A stretch of DNA of 45,546 nucleotides, filler included, from Jimgerdemannia flammicorona (Eukaryota), in assembly GCA_003990765.1 (NCBI GenBank). It is 2 parts of 2 records of this genome, joined end to end, with 100 filler letters (N's around TTAATTAATTAA, not from the genome) between each part and the next. Parts side by side here need not be neighbours in the genome. Positions count along the whole stretch, not along the records: positions 1 to 22,723 come from RBNJ01001216.1; positions 22,824 to 45,546 come from RBNJ01001217.1. The stretch is one strand, 5' to 3'. The notes beneath the pieces were generated by a model. It had not been told where the DNA came from, searched no databases, and saw only the letters and a program-made list of their open reading frames with translations. Both the position numbers and the translations under genes were made by a program. Shown here one piece after another: positions 11,697 to 25,800 of this stretch. The stretch's first letter is position 1. Each line of letters opens with the position of its first letter.

Positions 11697-13726
11697 GCTT
11701 ATCTGATTACACTATATAGCCCAAATCTAAGATCTGTTATCTTCAGAAGTTTGTTCACCACTTATATAGAGAAGTCCAGATAATATCTCAAATACTATAG
11801 CTTAGACAATTAGTATATATTCAGCACTATAACCTGTCCTTCCTATAAGATACTATGACCACCCTAGTCTAGGAGAATATTCTCTCACTCTACCAGCTTC
11901 TGCTCTTACTATATCTGAGACATCAATGAACTATATACTGAGAAGTAAATTCTCAAATATCAAACCATCTCTCTTACTGAGACAATTGTTCCAATTATAT
12001 CTCCTCTCATTACTCTACTACTAAGTTCCAATATCTCATATTTGTACTAATTGAGTTTGGCTCCAGAGTTCCCCTCATATCACTCTACTACTTCTTTCAA
12101 TATAATTATATCTATCACAAAGCTCAGCCTGACTACTATATTATCTGCAAAGACTCCCATATTTCAATTTACTCTCAGTACTATCAATTTCCCCACTCTA
12201 TATTGAATTCTGTCTAGTAAGAGTTTTAAAGAGAGAGTATAGAGAATAGGTAAAAGTGAGTTACCCTATAGCACTCCTCTACCCAAAGGAAAAAATATCC
12301 CCCAGTAGCTATTGATCAGGATAATTACTTTGCTTTCTTCTAATAGACTATCAAAAGCCTGAGTAATGCCAATATGTCTCAGTATACTATTCAACCACAC
12401 TCTGTATATATATATGTTTATATGTCTTCTCTCAGTCAAGAAAATCTTACTGTCCATTCACTCCTGCTGCTTTGGCTCCTTTGATAATACTATAGACCTA
12501 GTTAGTCCTATCCCAAATCAAGCAGTCTCCAACAAAGTCCTGCTACTCCTCACCTAGTACTCTCTGAGCTAAACTCTGCAGTAATATCATAATGACTTTT
12601 ATGACCAGCTTTTGATCTATATCCAAGGGGTTGATCATTTGTCAGTTCTTCTACTTCTCTCTTCTTCTTTTATTCTTAAACAGAAAAGTCACTAGTCCCA
12701 AGCACTGGTTTCCTAACTATACCTCAGAAGTAATAATTCTGTCATATATTAGCTATTGATTCTCCAGAACTACTCCACTCTTACTATTCATTTCCAGAAA
12801 TTCTAGAGTAGTCCATTCTCTCTAAAGGCTATTTAGAGATCAGCCTTAGCTAAGAAATTGAGAATCTCTATCCCCTGGACCAAATTTCTCAACTCTGTCA
12901 GTTCTTTTACTGGGGCTGGATACCAGTCCTCCAGATAGTACTCAATTGTCTGCACATCCTCACTTCCCTCCTCCTCACTCTACAGCATTTTCCATCTCTC
13001 ACTCAGCTAACTCAGAATACTCTGAATTTCTACCACCATCTCTCTCTTCTCATCCAATGTCTCCTTCCAGTACTGATACACTTTTCTTGTCTAAAGAAAT
13101 CTCAACAGAAACCTCATCAGTCTCTCCCCTTCCTCCAGAGCCTGCCACTATAGTTAAACTACCATACCCTATACTTATACTCTCTCCTTTACTTATAATA
13201 TATATGGCAGCTTCTCCACCTTCAATCAGGCATACCAAACTCTCTAACTCTCTACTCTCTCAGCCTTCAGAAGACCAGCCCATCCTTTCTGAAGTCTTTC
13301 TAATCTGTATGAGGCCCACCACACCCTCTCTCTCTACTAGATACTCCTTCTCCTCTCTGTCTTCTCTCAGAAATACTGATCATCATACTTCAACCTTTAC
13401 TATCAATCAATAATAGTGAGACCTCTCTCTCTTTAAGTGAGTATCTTAGGCCTAATATCTACTACTTAAGTAGTCTACAATAAATATTTATTTAGTAGTA
13501 TAAAATTTAGACACTAATTTCCAGATTCCTCTCTATATCTCTCAAACCTCTCTTATCTCAGAAGGCTCCAATAATTAGACTAGGGGCACCATTCAACTTC
13601 TAATAATTCTCAGACATTATTTCCCCAGTACTTAGCAGTCAATATCTAGTCAATTCTGAAGCCAAGTTCATATATCTAATATATAAATATCTGGTGATCA
13701 CTTTAGCCCTGCCTACCCCTATATCT

Positions 13727-13848
13727 TTTTTTTTTTTTTATATAGTCACTTGGACTCCCATTCTTTATTAATACCTCTATAGATAATACATAAATGCCTC
13801 TATCCACCTTAACCGATGCCCCTTGGGTCCCCCTCCTCACCCACCCCA
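13727..13848 (-). mobile_element. ~120-bp 5'-truncated LINE insertion with perfect 17-bp TSD, inside the old LINE's endonuclease region
   Basis: Poly(T) followed by ATATAGTCACTTGGACTCC. TGCCTACCCCTATATCT is repeated at 13710-13726 and 13849-13865. Confidence 0.85.
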
Positions 13849-16800
13849 TGCCTACCCCTATATCTATAAGAGAGCTAAGTTGTTCAATCTTCTCATAGCT
13901 ATCTAGTCTACTGCTCCTCCCAGACAGCTCTCTCCCATTATCTATCCTATTTACTCTCCCATTCTAGATCATATTGAAGTCTCTTCTCAGACATTCAGCC
14001 TCTGCTGCAACTAGCTCACCTAACTTCTACAATCTATTAATCCAATCCATATAGGCTCTTCTCTCTGCCAGACAGTAGTAGGACTCAACCACTACTAGAT
14101 CTCACCCTTGTCTCCTCCAAGTCTCCTATACCAACCTCTTCTCCCAATGTCTGATTCCTACAATATTCTTCTTTTCTTTATAAATAAGTATATCTACTCT
14201 GCTCTGCTATACTACCACTCTCCACCTATTCCTAAGTCTAATCCAGCATATATATTTAAGTCTCTATTGTTCCCTATATCCTGTGGTAGAAATAGGTCTA
14301 TTCTAGCTCTTTTAGCTAAGAAATAATATTTCTCCTCCATACTGCCTCTCTAAGATTATTAATATTTAAATAGAAGATTTTAGTTATACTATTCATAGGA
14401 AAAAAAAAATAGTTTACTAGAGTATTGACCAATCTATAGCTTTATGCTCACTTATCACTAACTATATCTAGGTTTCTTTCTATTACCAGTTCATCCTCTA
14501 TCTCTTATTGAGCATTTAGTACTACTAGTATGTACCTCTAGACAGTCCTCTTTATCCTTTTTCTCTATCATTATCTGATACTCCTTACATATTATCCATC
14601 ATTTTACCAGATCCTTCCTCAGTCTCTATAGATATACTATATACTTATTAGCAATCTTCTACAGAGTGGTCTCTCTATACTCATCTACTTTATACTCTTT
14701 CATCTCTAGTAGAGCTACTATCAGTTTATCCTATAGCTTCTGTGCAATCCTCTCTCTTCTCAGAATAGTTCCCCAGTATACCTCACTAATTTCTCTATAG
14801 TTGACCCTCTTCAACTCATCAGTTATCATATTTATCAGTATCTGCCAGAGCCCCCATTCTCTACTAACCCCCTTTTCTTCCAGATCTACCAACTCTCTCT
14901 CCATCTCCTGACTCCCCACAGTACTAGTCTCTATCAATTTATTCTAGATCTTCTTAGACATATCCTGCAGCTTGAGCCTCAGATTAGTGTTTGGACTTTT
15001 AGTTATTTATCTATAGATTTCTCATCTAGAGACTTCTTGAGTCTTTTTATGATCTCTTATATAGCTTCTTATAGACTTTTTTCTTTGAAATCTGAGCAGA
15101 ATAAAATTTCTATTCTCTTTTTATCTAATTTTCTAATTTTTGTGAAGATAATAATATTTATCAATTTATAGTATATAGTTATTTTGCTTGACTTAATCTT
15201 TTGCATAATTTACTTATATCTATATTATAAAAATAGTAGTTTGATATAATAGACACTTCTTTTCTTATCAGTAGTATCAGTAAACTCTGAACTAAATTGT
15301 ACTTTTCTCAGATTTTCATTATTACATATATATATGCAGTTTCTTCATAAGATTACTGTTCTTTTACTATTTTGTACTCTACAGCTAAGATATATTTCAA
15401 TTGATGAGAGTTATAGAAATTATATTAATAACTTTAGATACTTTGATTCTGACTTCTATAATACTCTCTATTGTGTAGTCTTGTAGATATCTGACTATTC
15501 AGTATTGCTAGATTTGTATATATTATCTTCTATGATAGATAAGGACTATAGGTGAGAATGAAATAGTAAGAACTATATATTTCTAGATATATTTCTTTTA
15601 TAAAGTTTGCTTCAGCTGGCTACTTGACCTCAGATATCATCTGTAGTTAGAAAGAACTATCTGATAGCAGATTTGAGTATCAAAAATATTTGAATCCTTA
15701 CTCATTTATTAATCAATAGTATTGAGTTGATTCTTCAGGGCTTGCTTGATTTTATCTACATATATTGTAGATGGCTTACAGCCACGTCTTCTGTAATGTT
15801 AGCATTGCTGCCTACTTATTTCCAGCATTGATTGTAGCTATGAATATAGCTCTTGCTGGGCCTCAGAGACTCAAGGGTAGTAGGGCTACTTGTTGGGTAG
15901 CATTCAGGTTTGTTATAGCAGTAAATTGTACAAAATCATCAAGGAAGGTGATGATAAATGTATCAAAGATATATCTGTGGAATACTTGTGGCCTCATATT
16001 GATCTTGTCTAGATGTCTTGGGTGGTGGTGTTGTCGTTCTCCTTGAACGCAAGGGATTTGACTTGAATCGGTGTATATGCATGCAGGCATATGAGTTTGC
16101 GTTCTTGCTAGCATTTTAGCATGTGGGTACGTGGATTCAGACGTGCGTGCGTCAGCCGAGCAGCAGGCTTGCGAGCATGTATGCACGTGGTTATGCGGGG
16201 ATGCATGAGGTTGGGGGCATGGAGGAATGAAGGCGTGCTGGTGTGCAGTTCACGAGCATATGGGGACGGGTGAGCCAGATGTATGGGCTAACAAAATGCA
16301 ATAAGGAGTTGCATGTGGGCTTGCGAGACGTTTCTGGGCCACAATTATTACGCCTTGTTACTCTCAAATCTGCTTACATGGTAGTGTAGAGAATTTTAAG
16401 ATTTATTTAATACAACATGCTTGCTGGCGAGATTCATTCATGTGTCTCCAATCACTCCTATACGGGCAGCTGATGGTTATGAAAACGTCTCCCTAATATT
16501 CCACACTCACTCGACAAACATTCATCATGTAACGACGATTACTATCAACCCGCAGATAAACTTTCCTCCCATCTTGCCAGCTCATTCAACTATCATTCAT
16601 CATGCCAGCCCGCCAGTAGGATTTCGTTAAACCGGCTTATCCAAATGAAGGAGAAAATCATTTAGCAATACGAATTCTTTATGCTTCCTCCAACCAGATT
16701 CAACATCCGCATCCTTTTTCCAATTCCACGATTGGTACCTAAGTCGAATTTTTGTTCGGACGGCGTACTCTATCAGGGAAGACCAACCACAAACGCGAAC

Positions 16801-17807
16801 GCAATGACAATATGACCCAACTAGCGACATGCTTGCGATTCACCGCGTGATGCAAATGGTCGTTCGCGATGCATCGGAGAGCTGAGAGCAACCGCGATGT
16901 TTGGGAACCATCGTTGCCGCTCTGAAAAATGAAGCAGTTTCCAAAAACTACCATATTACACAACTCCTAATGGCAACGAAGCATGTCTTCTACATGTCCG
17001 AAACATCCCTCGACTACAACATATGGCCTTACACCCCCTCAGCAAACACAACAAATTGGTCATGTAGCATCGACAATGATTTGTGCGGGGGCTTGCCCAA
17101 AAAAAAAAATAATGAAAAAAAATAAACACCATCACCATCACCAACACCAAATACATGCACCTAAAAAGTTCTTGTACCTTTACCATCTTTCTCCTTTCTT
17201 CGACCCTTGCGGACTCGACGCATCCTTTTCACAAACGCAACGCTCCCCCTACCGTTGGATTGTTCGCAACTCGAACAATAAGTGGTACACCACAGTTCAA
17301 CACACACACACGCCACAACTACCACCCACCCATCTAAATAATACAAGCGTCACATTTTATTCGACCAATCGGGCCAACCTTACAAGATCGCGTGCGGACA
17401 CTGGGGAAAGAAATGAAACGCGAATGAAAGAGGAGATCGAGGAGGTGTACGAAGTCTCTCCGTGGATGGGAAAGAGGGGGGGGAGGGACGGATAAAGGAA
17501 TCTGTATCCTGTGCAAACGATTTTTGAGATGAAAAGGGCTATACGTATTGTAAGGATGATGTAATCGTGTGAGAAAAGTGTTTGACCGTGCATGAGTGAG
17601 TGGTATTTATATGGACAAACGGGAAAATCAAGGTCCGAACAATTAATGATATGCACTGATATAATCGACCGAACGTATAAGGAGAGCGGAAAAAGGAGGC
17701 GGGCGAGAAAGAAAATACATAACGAAGTACCGCAATTTAAAAAGCAATCTCACCCCCAATTCACAGACCCGTCGACAGTGTTCCAACACCCTTCAACTAC
17801 ATCCTCC

Positions 17808-20079
17808 TCACTCTTCCTCGCCCTCCCAACCCTCCACCACGACCACGGGTTCTTTACATTTCTCCTTAATCGAAAAACTCCACCACCACGTCCCCACAGC
17901 CATAAAACTCAAGAACGCCCACATAAAATGTACTCTGACAATCCATGGGAATTTCTCTTCGTCCAATGCCCAGCTATACAGAGTCCCGCATAGAGCCGGC
18001 CCGATGGCCCTTATTCCGCTAGCCATGCACTGCGCGAACCCATTGATGGTTCCAAGAGCGTTGAGGGAAGGCGCCGAATTAGCCACGAGCATTATGGAGC
18101 TGGTGTACGCGACGACGATGCACATGGCGTTGGCCGCCAGGCATACTATGAGTCCTGCCCAGACGTAGGGACCCTCGAGATGGCGCAGAAATCCCTGACA
18201 AAAGTAGAGTGGGATGTAGACGGAGAGACCGAAGCGAAAAACGGTGAGTGTTCCCCAGCGACTATGCAAAAAAGGCCAGAGGAACAGTTGCATGACAAGA
18301 GTCAATACACCGCCGACGGAGAGGGAGATGCCGATGTCTTTGGAGGTGAAGCCGAGACCACCATCGGAGGGTGGTGTTGCGGCCCAGATGGAGTAAAGGC
18401 CGTCGTGCATGATGTTTTGGAAGCAGACGAGGACGTAGGCAGTAATGGTGATGAGAACGGGGAGCATCAGTAGTGAGCGGAGGGTTGGTTTGCTGGGTGT
18501 GGATATCGGTTTCGACTGAAAAGCAGTGACGGTGATGGTGGTGGGGTCGAGGGTGGGGTTTGGGGAGAGGAGATGGGAGCGGGGAGAAGGCAGGGATGAC
18601 TGGATTGTTGGGGTGGAGGGGGTGGATATGGTTGGGGGCCGGCGAGCTGAAAGATCGGGAAAGGTTTGATATTCAGCAGGGACGCCGGCGCGGGAGGGCG
18701 TCGCGGTTCCGGACTTCAGAGGCCGTCGTTCTGCGACCCCGCCATCTTCCTCACTTTCAACTTCACCATCCGCATCCCTACTCTTCATACCCAACGTCTC
18801 CTCCAGAAAAAAGATACCAAACACCAGTCCGACTGTGCATAAACTTGCACCGACGAAACACGGCAAGAAGTATGGGCATGTCTCAAGCAAGCTCGTAATC
18901 CATCCTCTACCGCCAAACACGGCGGGGTACTTCTCGACGGGATGGTTGAGGAAGCCGCCAAGGGCAGGACCGACGATGCATCCAATGCCGAATATGAGTG
19001 GCATAATGGAGAAGGCACGGGCGCGCTGGTTGGACGAGTGATCGGCTGTCAGCTCAGCGATCATGGACTTGAAAGACCCGAGGTTGCCGTTCAGCATACC
19101 GCCGAGCATACGCGAGGCCAGCGCCCAGGTATACGAGAGCGATAAGCCAAAAAGGAGGATCGAGATAATCGTGCCTAGCAGGCCTATGAGTATGACGGGG
19201 CGACGACCTGCAAATGGGTAGGTGGGTGGGTGGGTGGGAATTTAGAAGAGGGGTGAGTGATATTGTTCAAAGGTATGAGGAGTTGTTTCGTTGAACAGAT
19301 CATTAAGAGTCGAGGGAGAGAAACCATACCGATCCGGTCTGATATATATCCCCACGGAAGACCTAGTCAATTAATGAGTAAAAAGGAAACATTAGCCAAG
19401 GAATAGCAATGGGTTCAGTTCCGGCTAAACCTAATTCTAATGATTGTTTCGACTGACGAAAATGAATGCAACGATCTCTTCTCAAGAATTACAAATCAAA
19501 TCGCGACCCCTTCCGATCCCTCGCTTGTCGTTTCCATTCCTCCCATTGCATCGTTTTGGTCGCATGATGTCATTAGATAAGCAACGGTTTTCCGGATGTT
19601 CCATGAAACTCACATGAAAGGAATTGGGCGGCGGCGAAACTGGACGCCATGTAACCGACATAGTATCCAATCTTATTGAGGTCATCGGTGATGTTGAAAT
19701 CTCTCACCATCTGCGTGAAAATATGACGGGTGGGGACGGTTATTAAATCAAATAAGATTTTGCAAAATAACGCAAGATAAGTAGGTAAAATAAAAAAAAA
19801 TAAAACAAACGAAAGAAAAGAAAAAAAACCTCCCAGCCGAAAAGATACGGACAACAGGAGTTACTTACAAAGTAGATAAACGGTGATAGGAGGGTCATGC
19901 AGACGGGTTCCTGGAATGAGGTAATTGGTGGTTTCGGTGAGGAGGCCGAAGGTGGACGAAGAGCTCGCGAAACGAGGCCACGCAGGGTGGTGATATATAC
20001 GGACAGGGAAGTGACAAACACACAGAACGAACAACTGTTTTGTGGGGAGGGGCAGATATCTTGTTCCAGCAGTCTTCAT
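17808..20079 (-). CDS. Major facilitator superfamily transporter (DHA1/ZIFL/YCR023C-like), 5 exons
   Basis: Approximate exons 20005-20079, 19869-19910, 19614-19710, 19331-19363 and 17808-19207, with GT..AG introns. Spliced product: PLPTKQLFVL..EPVCMTLLSPFIYFMVRDF..WGYISDRIGRRPVIL (MFS motif A)..NGNLGSFKSMIAEL..GPALGG..YFLPCF..FLEETL. Confidence 0.92.
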
Positions 20080-22672
20080 GGTTGGGTTATGGTGTTGTGC
20101 GGGTAAGATGGGGGCATAAACGATGGTATGAAGTTCAGTTTAAATCTTGGGGCTGTCAAAATGCGAGCAATTTTCCATTCTGGGAAATTGACATTTGGCA
20201 CGGGATCTGACGTCAGTTAATTAGGCTGAGACGATGTAATTAAATGTTCACCGATCGAGACAATCAAGTTCTTTCCCTGAGCCACCAGATATTCGGCGTG
20301 ACGTAAGGAAAGGTTTGACTGCTACGCCTAATAATGCCCATGCAAGAAAGAATTTTGGAATAAAATATTTACAACGACCTGCAAACCTACAGTACCCAAG
20401 CAGCGTTGCTAATGTTACTATCTAATATATACTTTATTTATCTCATAACCATCAATGTGAAGTTAATACATTTCAACAAGTTAAACATTTCAACAAAAAA
20501 TTATATATTATGGGCAATCAGTCCCTATCTTATTCACTGTCTTACAATTGGACGATTTCGGTTATTTTTATAATGCTCATTGGGTCGAAATCCATATGGT
20601 TGCCGGCAGACACTTTGATCAGACGATGCAGTCACGTGGCAGTAAGGATATTATGCACACTAAATCGAATTTAGTATATACACCTGGCGAGGATACCGGC
20701 ACTTTGGCAACCTCACAATCGTCTACACGGAAACAGAAACACTTGTTCCTTCCAGAAATTACAATTCCCTCCACAAGTTCCATCATGTTTGTAACCTTCT
20801 AGAACTGGCAAAAAATCCAAAATATCATGGCATATACTAATTTAGGCAGGTAAGGTAACTGATAATGAGATCGTTCAATTCCATAATTAGAAATTCCGTT
20901 TTTGTTTTTATTTTTATCTGCGGTACTTTTTCCGACCCTGCTGCTATATCATATATCGTACAACTGTGTTGACTTTATTATTATTATTATTTAATTCCTT
21001 CAACATAGATATCAACATGTTTGAAGAGGGTATGTGTTGATTAGGTGACTCATGAGTGTTTTGATCATTTCAGTCGCCGACATTTTGATAGATCGAAATT
21101 ATTGGCTCACGCAGTAACCCAATCTATCAGACAAATCTTCATGGCGAACATGTCGGTTTTCCTATGGAATTAATAAACATGGCCCCGGGTCGACCATTTA
21201 TTGTGATTACTTTCACCCCATACGACAAGCACGTTAATATTATATGGATCCATGGAATGGTCATTCCACACCTCCTCCCTGCTATTGATCAACAATTATA
21301 AAATATTTGACAAGGTCACATTTACTTGAGTGTACTCGTAGAGTAGTCATCACGCCGAAGCGCGCGTAATTTTTCCGAAGTCGCTTATTGAACAAGCGAT
21401 AATTTTTTCCTAATCAGACTCGGCAAAAGCAAGCACTATATGGATCACGTAACGCAAACGCTACCTCATTCGAAATGCAAAAACACAGAACTATCCCATC
21501 CTCCACGTCCCGCAAAAATTCAAAAATTCCAGAAGGCGTCCTTTACCAAGTGCTTCAAGAGCTCGTCACCGTAATATCCCCACCAACGTGGTGGTGGCGC
21601 GTGAATCTGTCAAATAGTTACTTTGCCACACTCGTCTATCACATGATTCTTGAAATTCCAAAAGAACGTGTTTCCAAACAATTTACGTTATATAAGAAAT
21701 CGCTCCCAACTCTATGCCCATACGGATTTATTAGTATCTTCCTCGAGGTCCTTCCGTGGCACGTAATAGAGGCTCTTTACATAGGGCTGTCTATTTAAGA
21801 CAATAAGACAGTTATTGGTTCTCGGTTCTTCGAACTAAGAACGCGTGCAATCAAGGACGCCCGCTGCAAACGGGTTCATTTTCGGGCTCCTCAGGTTCCT
21901 TATCGATGCGTTACATATATGGAATTCGACATCCTGCGTCAATTAGAGTCAATTTGAGTGTATATACGCGTGAGCCCAACCTTTTCGGGCGCAGTCGGTG
22001 GCTTGATTCAGGGAACCTTGAATGTGACGTTCCACCAAAGTCGGGTCTAAAGCCAGTGAATTCCTTCAGTAAAGTGTCAAAGAGACGTCCTAAAGGGAAT
22101 ATTGTTCACAATTTCTTCAAACCGACCCCGCCCGCACGCAAACAAACGAATCATCCGCCGCACTTGAATCATGGAAACATGCAAACCAAAACCTACATCA
22201 TCGACGATTGTACCGTCTCGTATCACAGCACCGCGACCCACTCGACGCAAAAGTGTGTGTGTGTATATGTATGTTATGGTGTAGCCGATCTCCACAGTGA
22301 CAATTACATATGAAGCCATTTTCTCAGGGACGGAAATGGAACAGAACAGATTATATATAGTATAATGGCGTGTGGTGTGTGGGTTCTAAATATATTACTT
22401 TAAATGTTAGAATAAATAAGTCTAACCTAAATGAACGATAGAACAATGTAACGTAAATTTGAATATCAAGTGGTGCAGAATCCATGAGATTATCCATGAA
22501 GTTCAATCCAATGAGCCCTCTTTTGTAACATAAAATTCAACGCTTGCAATTATAAGTGAATTCTTACAAAGTGGCAATAATATACAAATTATTCCTCATA
22601 ATTCCTCCCTCTCTTCGGGTAAAAATAAAAATCCACCCAACAACCATTCTTGCCAAAAAAAAAAAAAAACCC

Positions 22673-22723
<51 letters not shown>

Positions 22724-22823
22724 NNNNNNNNNNNNNNNNNNNNNNNNNNNNNNNNNNNNNNNNNNNNTTAATTAATTAANNNNNNNNNNNNNNNNNNNNN
22801 NNNNNNNNNNNNNNNNNNNNNNN
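22724..22823. other. Artificial assembly spacer (44 N + TTAATTAATTAA + 44 N)
   Basis: Exactly 100 bp and symmetric. The 12-mer puts stop codons in all six frames. It is preceded by an A-run and a ~50-nt C-run typical of a low-quality contig end. Confidence 0.95.
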
Positions 22824-22837
22824 TGCCGAAGGACAAT

Positions 22838-25800
22838 CTATCTACCCACCACCCGAACTCTCCCTTCACTCTTCCTGCAGATACAGTCCACCAGTTTCCG
22901 GTGACTCCCCCCTCCCTCTCCCCACCCTTGCCACCAACCATTCAAAGTGTCTAGTGTTAACCATTCCCAGTATGCTACCCTTGCCGCAACAGTAGTTGCC
23001 TGCCCCTCCTCAAAGACACTTAGCCAATGACCCACCATCCCTACCCAAATTGCCAGGGCCCAACCCAGGGTCAACTATTCATCCCCAACCCCACCTACCA
23101 ACCACCACCTAAAGCACCCCCATCTCCCTCCCTCCCCTTCCAACAGAGGCTGTAGTCCCAACCGACTAGCAATAATGTCCCAAAAGTCCCCCATTACTTC
23201 ACACTCCCCAAGCCAATGTTCAGGCATCTGCACCACTCCCCCCTCCTGACCCACGTTCAAGCATTCCTCACACTCAAATATGCCATCAGGCACTAAGTGT
23301 CCTGTCCGATAGTTCAGCATCACATTCTGCCTCAAGAACCTCCACCATATCACCCAGAACTTAGGAGGAAGCCACTGCAACACCTGTTTGCTCCAAAGCC
23401 AAACCCCATTCCAATCCCACTCCTCTCCAATTCCAGCTCACTGCCAAGCCTCAGGCCATACATCACCCCCAAGACCCATCTGACATTCCATACCATTGCC
23501 AAGCAGATAATCCTCCACCACAGTACCACCCAGCAGCAGCTGGTCCCATCTCTACATCCGCAAACCCCATTCCTCCTCCCCCTCATCTCCCCTCCATCGA
23601 AGTCCTATTCGCCTTGCACTGTCCACCACTCCCCACCAGAAACCCTTGTAGCGCATCTTTCGACTTCCATCCAAAGCCACCAGTGCCAACAGATCACTGG
23701 ACTTGCCACATGGGGAGTACCGCACTTCTCACACTCTCTGCATAAGTGGTACCCATTCCCTTCCATGCAACTCACTAGCCCTCTTCAGCCACCAAGCTCT
23801 CAGGCAATGTAGATGCTTGGCCAAGTCCACCAAGCCCAGCCCACCCCGGTCAATAGGTAGTGACAGAACCTCCCAGCCAATTTGGCTCCACCATCCTGCC
23901 CAGATCCACGAACTTGCCATTTTCTGAAGCTGCTTGACCACCCAGGGAGGGAAGTCCAGATGATACCTCATATACCACAACTTTGGCAGCCAATACATGT
24001 TCAGCACCATCACCCTTTCTGCCAAGGATATATGCCGACCACCCCACCTCAGGAGAATGTTCCCCCATGCCAGCAGCTGCTGTTCCCACCATGCACGAGG
24101 TAGGAGAGACCCATACACTGAGAAATATATCCCTAAGTACCAGACCGGTTCTCCAGCAGGAACCACAGTTCCAATTACTTCGCTGCCAACTATTCCTTCT
24201 CCTAGTACCATAGTTTCACATTTGTGCCAGTTGAGTCGCGCACCCGAGCCCCTCTCATACCACTCCACAGTTCTGCGCAGTTCCTCCACATCAGCAAACG
24301 AACCCAGCCCAACCACCATATCATCCACAAAGGCTCCAACCTTCCAGTTAATCCCCAAAATGTCCAAACCCCCTATATGGCACCAGATCCTGTCCAGAAG
24401 GGGCTCCAAGGACAGAGTATATAGGATAGGCGACAAAGGATCCCCTTGTGGTACTCCATGACCTAGCGGGAAGTTTATACCCCTGTGTCCATTCACCACC
24501 AAAGCTGCTTGACTGTTCTCCAATAGGCTGATTAATGACCTCTAAAAATCCATCGGGATGCCTATACGCCTCAGTATACCTTCCAGCCAGACCCTCCTCA
24601 CTCTGTCATATACCTTCTCCTGGTCCAGAAAAACCAACTGGCCATCAACCCCAGCCACCCGAGCTCCTTCAATCACCCCATGGACCCATGCAGTTCCATC
24701 TCGGATCAACTGACCCCCAACAAATCCTTGCTGCTCCACTCCCAGTATGTGCTGAGCGATCCCCTGTAGTCTGTTCACCAAGATCTTTGTCACCAACTTG
24801 CAGTCCATGTCAAGGAGCATGATCGGTCGCCAATTCTTCCAATTCTCCCTCCTCCCCTTATCCTTAAAGAGCAGGGAGACCAGTCCTAGACACTGACTCC
24901 CAATCCAGGCACCAGATCAAATAACTTCATCACACATTACAGTCATCTCCTCCAAGACCCCTTCCACCTTGACCATCCTCTTCCAAAAGTCCCAGGGAAG
25001 TCCATCCTCTCCCGGAGCAGTCCCTTTACTTGTCGCAGCCAGGACTTTACACACCTCCTCTCCTCGTACTGGTTTCCCCAGTGTCCCCAGTCCTAGGGCT
25101 GGGTCCGGATGCCAGTCCTCCAACTGCCTTTCAATATTCAATGCATCCTCCCCTCCATCCTCCTCGCTCCACAAACACCCCCAGTGATTATACAGCAATC
25201 CCAGTATTTCTGACGTACCCCCCACCATTTCCCCATCCTCATCCAAGATACTATCCCACTGCTGCCTGGTCCTCCGTGCTTGGAGTAGCCTGGAGAGAAA
25301 TTTAGTAGGTCGCTCCCCTTCCTCCAACCCCTGCCATCGCAGTCTTGCTACCATTCCCTCCATTCGAATCTCTTCCTCCCTTCATAGTACCTCCTTCAGC
25401 TCATCTACTTCCTTCTTTATCCACAGAATTCACCACTCCGCTACTCCTTTACCCTCTATCCACCCTGCCCATTTCTCCAAAAGTGTCACCAATCTATGTG
25501 AAGCCCATTGTACACACCTCCACCTTTGTGCACTCTTCCCTTTCCCTGCTTCTCTCCAGAACTGCTGAGCACTTAACTTCAGCCTCCTCCATCGATCTCC
25601 AATAACCAATTCCTGCTCCCGCCATCTAATAATCTTCCTGGTAGCCTCCACCTCCCAATCAGTCCATAGAGAACCATCCTCCAATAGAGACGAGTTGAGC
25701 TGCCAATGACCTGGCCCATCCCCACTTCCCCCAAATCTCCCACTCCCTATTAGTCCCCAGTGATCAGACCATGGGCACCAAACCACCTCCAGTGTAGCCC

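Larger units (their letters stand above)
10481..14980 (-). mobile_element. Old, heavily mutated L1/Tx1-like LINE (poly-A tail, ORF2 relic, ORF1 C-terminal part)
   Basis: Poly(T) at 10481-10498. Colinear with the younger LINE at 22840-27000 (e.g. 11830-11966 vs 24010-24146). ORF2 start relic MNSITKIFYLNINNL at 14396. ORF 14731-14937 is homologous to the WLWKTL..HWEEIL stretch of 26675-27217. Confidence 0.85.

Noticed and set aside
6971..16157. 12-bp direct repeat CGTGCGTCAGCC at 6971 and 16146 bracketing the TE block as a possible TSD
   Set aside because: There are no terminal inverted repeats or other element ends just inside the copies, and a chance match cannot be excluded.
16400..17700. 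Overlapping short ORFs, including the 170-aa His-run ORF 16983-17495
   Set aside because: No recognisable domain or coherent exon structure; low-complexity intergenic or 3' UTR-like sequence.
20500..22600. Short ORFs upstream of the MFS gene
   Set aside because: No motifs or consistent splice pattern that I can support.
22655..22723. A-run plus long C-run and the poly-Pro ORF 22556-22771
   Set aside because: Homopolymer at a contig end, most likely a sequencing artefact.
22768..22779. Palindromic TTAATTAATTAA island inside the N-run
   Set aside because: Artificial six-frame-stop linker. Adjacency of the left and right halves of the window should not be interpreted biologically.
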